Below, piece after piece: positions 63,590 through 64,000 of a stretch of 64,000 bases of DNA. Numbering within the stretch: the stretch's first letter is position 1; the number at the start of each line of letters is the position of its first letter. The position numbers were made by a program, and so were the translations under genes. Where the stretch lies: positions 17,362,183 through 17,426,182 of the forward strand of contig NC_068994.1 in NCBI RefSeq assembly GCF_001194135.2, read 5' to 3'. The notes under the pieces were generated by a model. The model saw nothing but the letters and a program-made list of their open reading frames with translations. It searched no databases and had not been told where the DNA came from. This stretch comes from Octopus bimaculoides. Taxonomy: Eukaryota.

Positions 63590-64000
63590 GAAGACAGGTG
63601 GTGTAGAAAACAAACAGATGTATTAGTATAATGTTCGGGAATTGAAAAAGTCTTTAACATTTCGAGCCTACGTTCTTCCACAGAAAAGAACATAGAAAGA
63701 AACAAGGAGAGAAAAAATGTGTCTAGTGGTTAGCGATCTATCATGGCGAATGCCGGACAGAAGGGCCACACAGGAGAGCTAGGAAGAAGGGGAGATAACA
63801 AGGTAGTAGTGATCCCAAAACGAAGGTGCGCATGTGTGTAAGAGAGTATGTATGTGCGTGTGAAAGAGGGCTGGTGATCTTGACGTGTGCGTATGTGTAG
63901 GTGTGAAAATGTGGGGATGGGAATTGGTCAGTGCTGGTGTGTGCGTGGTGGTGTGTTTTGATGTGTAGTGTGGTGTAGTGTGATGGTGTTGGGAGATGGG
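63590..64000 (-). mobile_element. Penelope-like element terminus with a decayed minimal hammerhead motif (63656-63683); runs off the window
   Basis: Minus strand CUGUGGA A GAAC GUAG GCUC GAAA U GUU AAAG. Same layout as 21700-21843. Confidence 0.6.

Overview
Eukaryotic, AT-rich, microsatellite- and SINE-dense animal genomic DNA with eight N gaps. The repeat families look like those of octopus (cephalopod) genomes; this is recognition from memory, not a database result. Most of the supplied ORF track is microsatellite or gap artefact. Host genes I can support: (1) the last two coding exons of CCDC186 (+, 1124-1273 and 2924-3007); (2) a probable divergent promoter at about 17.5-18.4 kb with an unidentified first coding exon (+, 18411-18592) and weak evidence for a minus-strand gene; (3) a compact two-exon gene for a 105-aa signal-peptide precursor (+, 27356-27618 and 28239-28293); (4) exons of another unidentified + gene at 58260-58351 and 62094-62186. 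The rest is layered TE debris: RTE, CR1/jockey-type, Tx1 and Hero LINEs, Tc1/mariner, hAT and piggyBac-type MITEs, several tRNA-derived SINE families and Penelope-like termini. The main discovery is a set of hammerhead ribozyme motifs. One is an intact extended type I hammerhead on the minus strand at 16929-17022. The others are a related 149-bp fold-back 300 bp away, a 287-bp fold-back carrying two decayed minimal hammerheads (40686-40972), and two Penelope-type minimal motifs (21788-21814, 63656-63683). TE boundaries are by-eye approximations unless a TSD or TIR is given.
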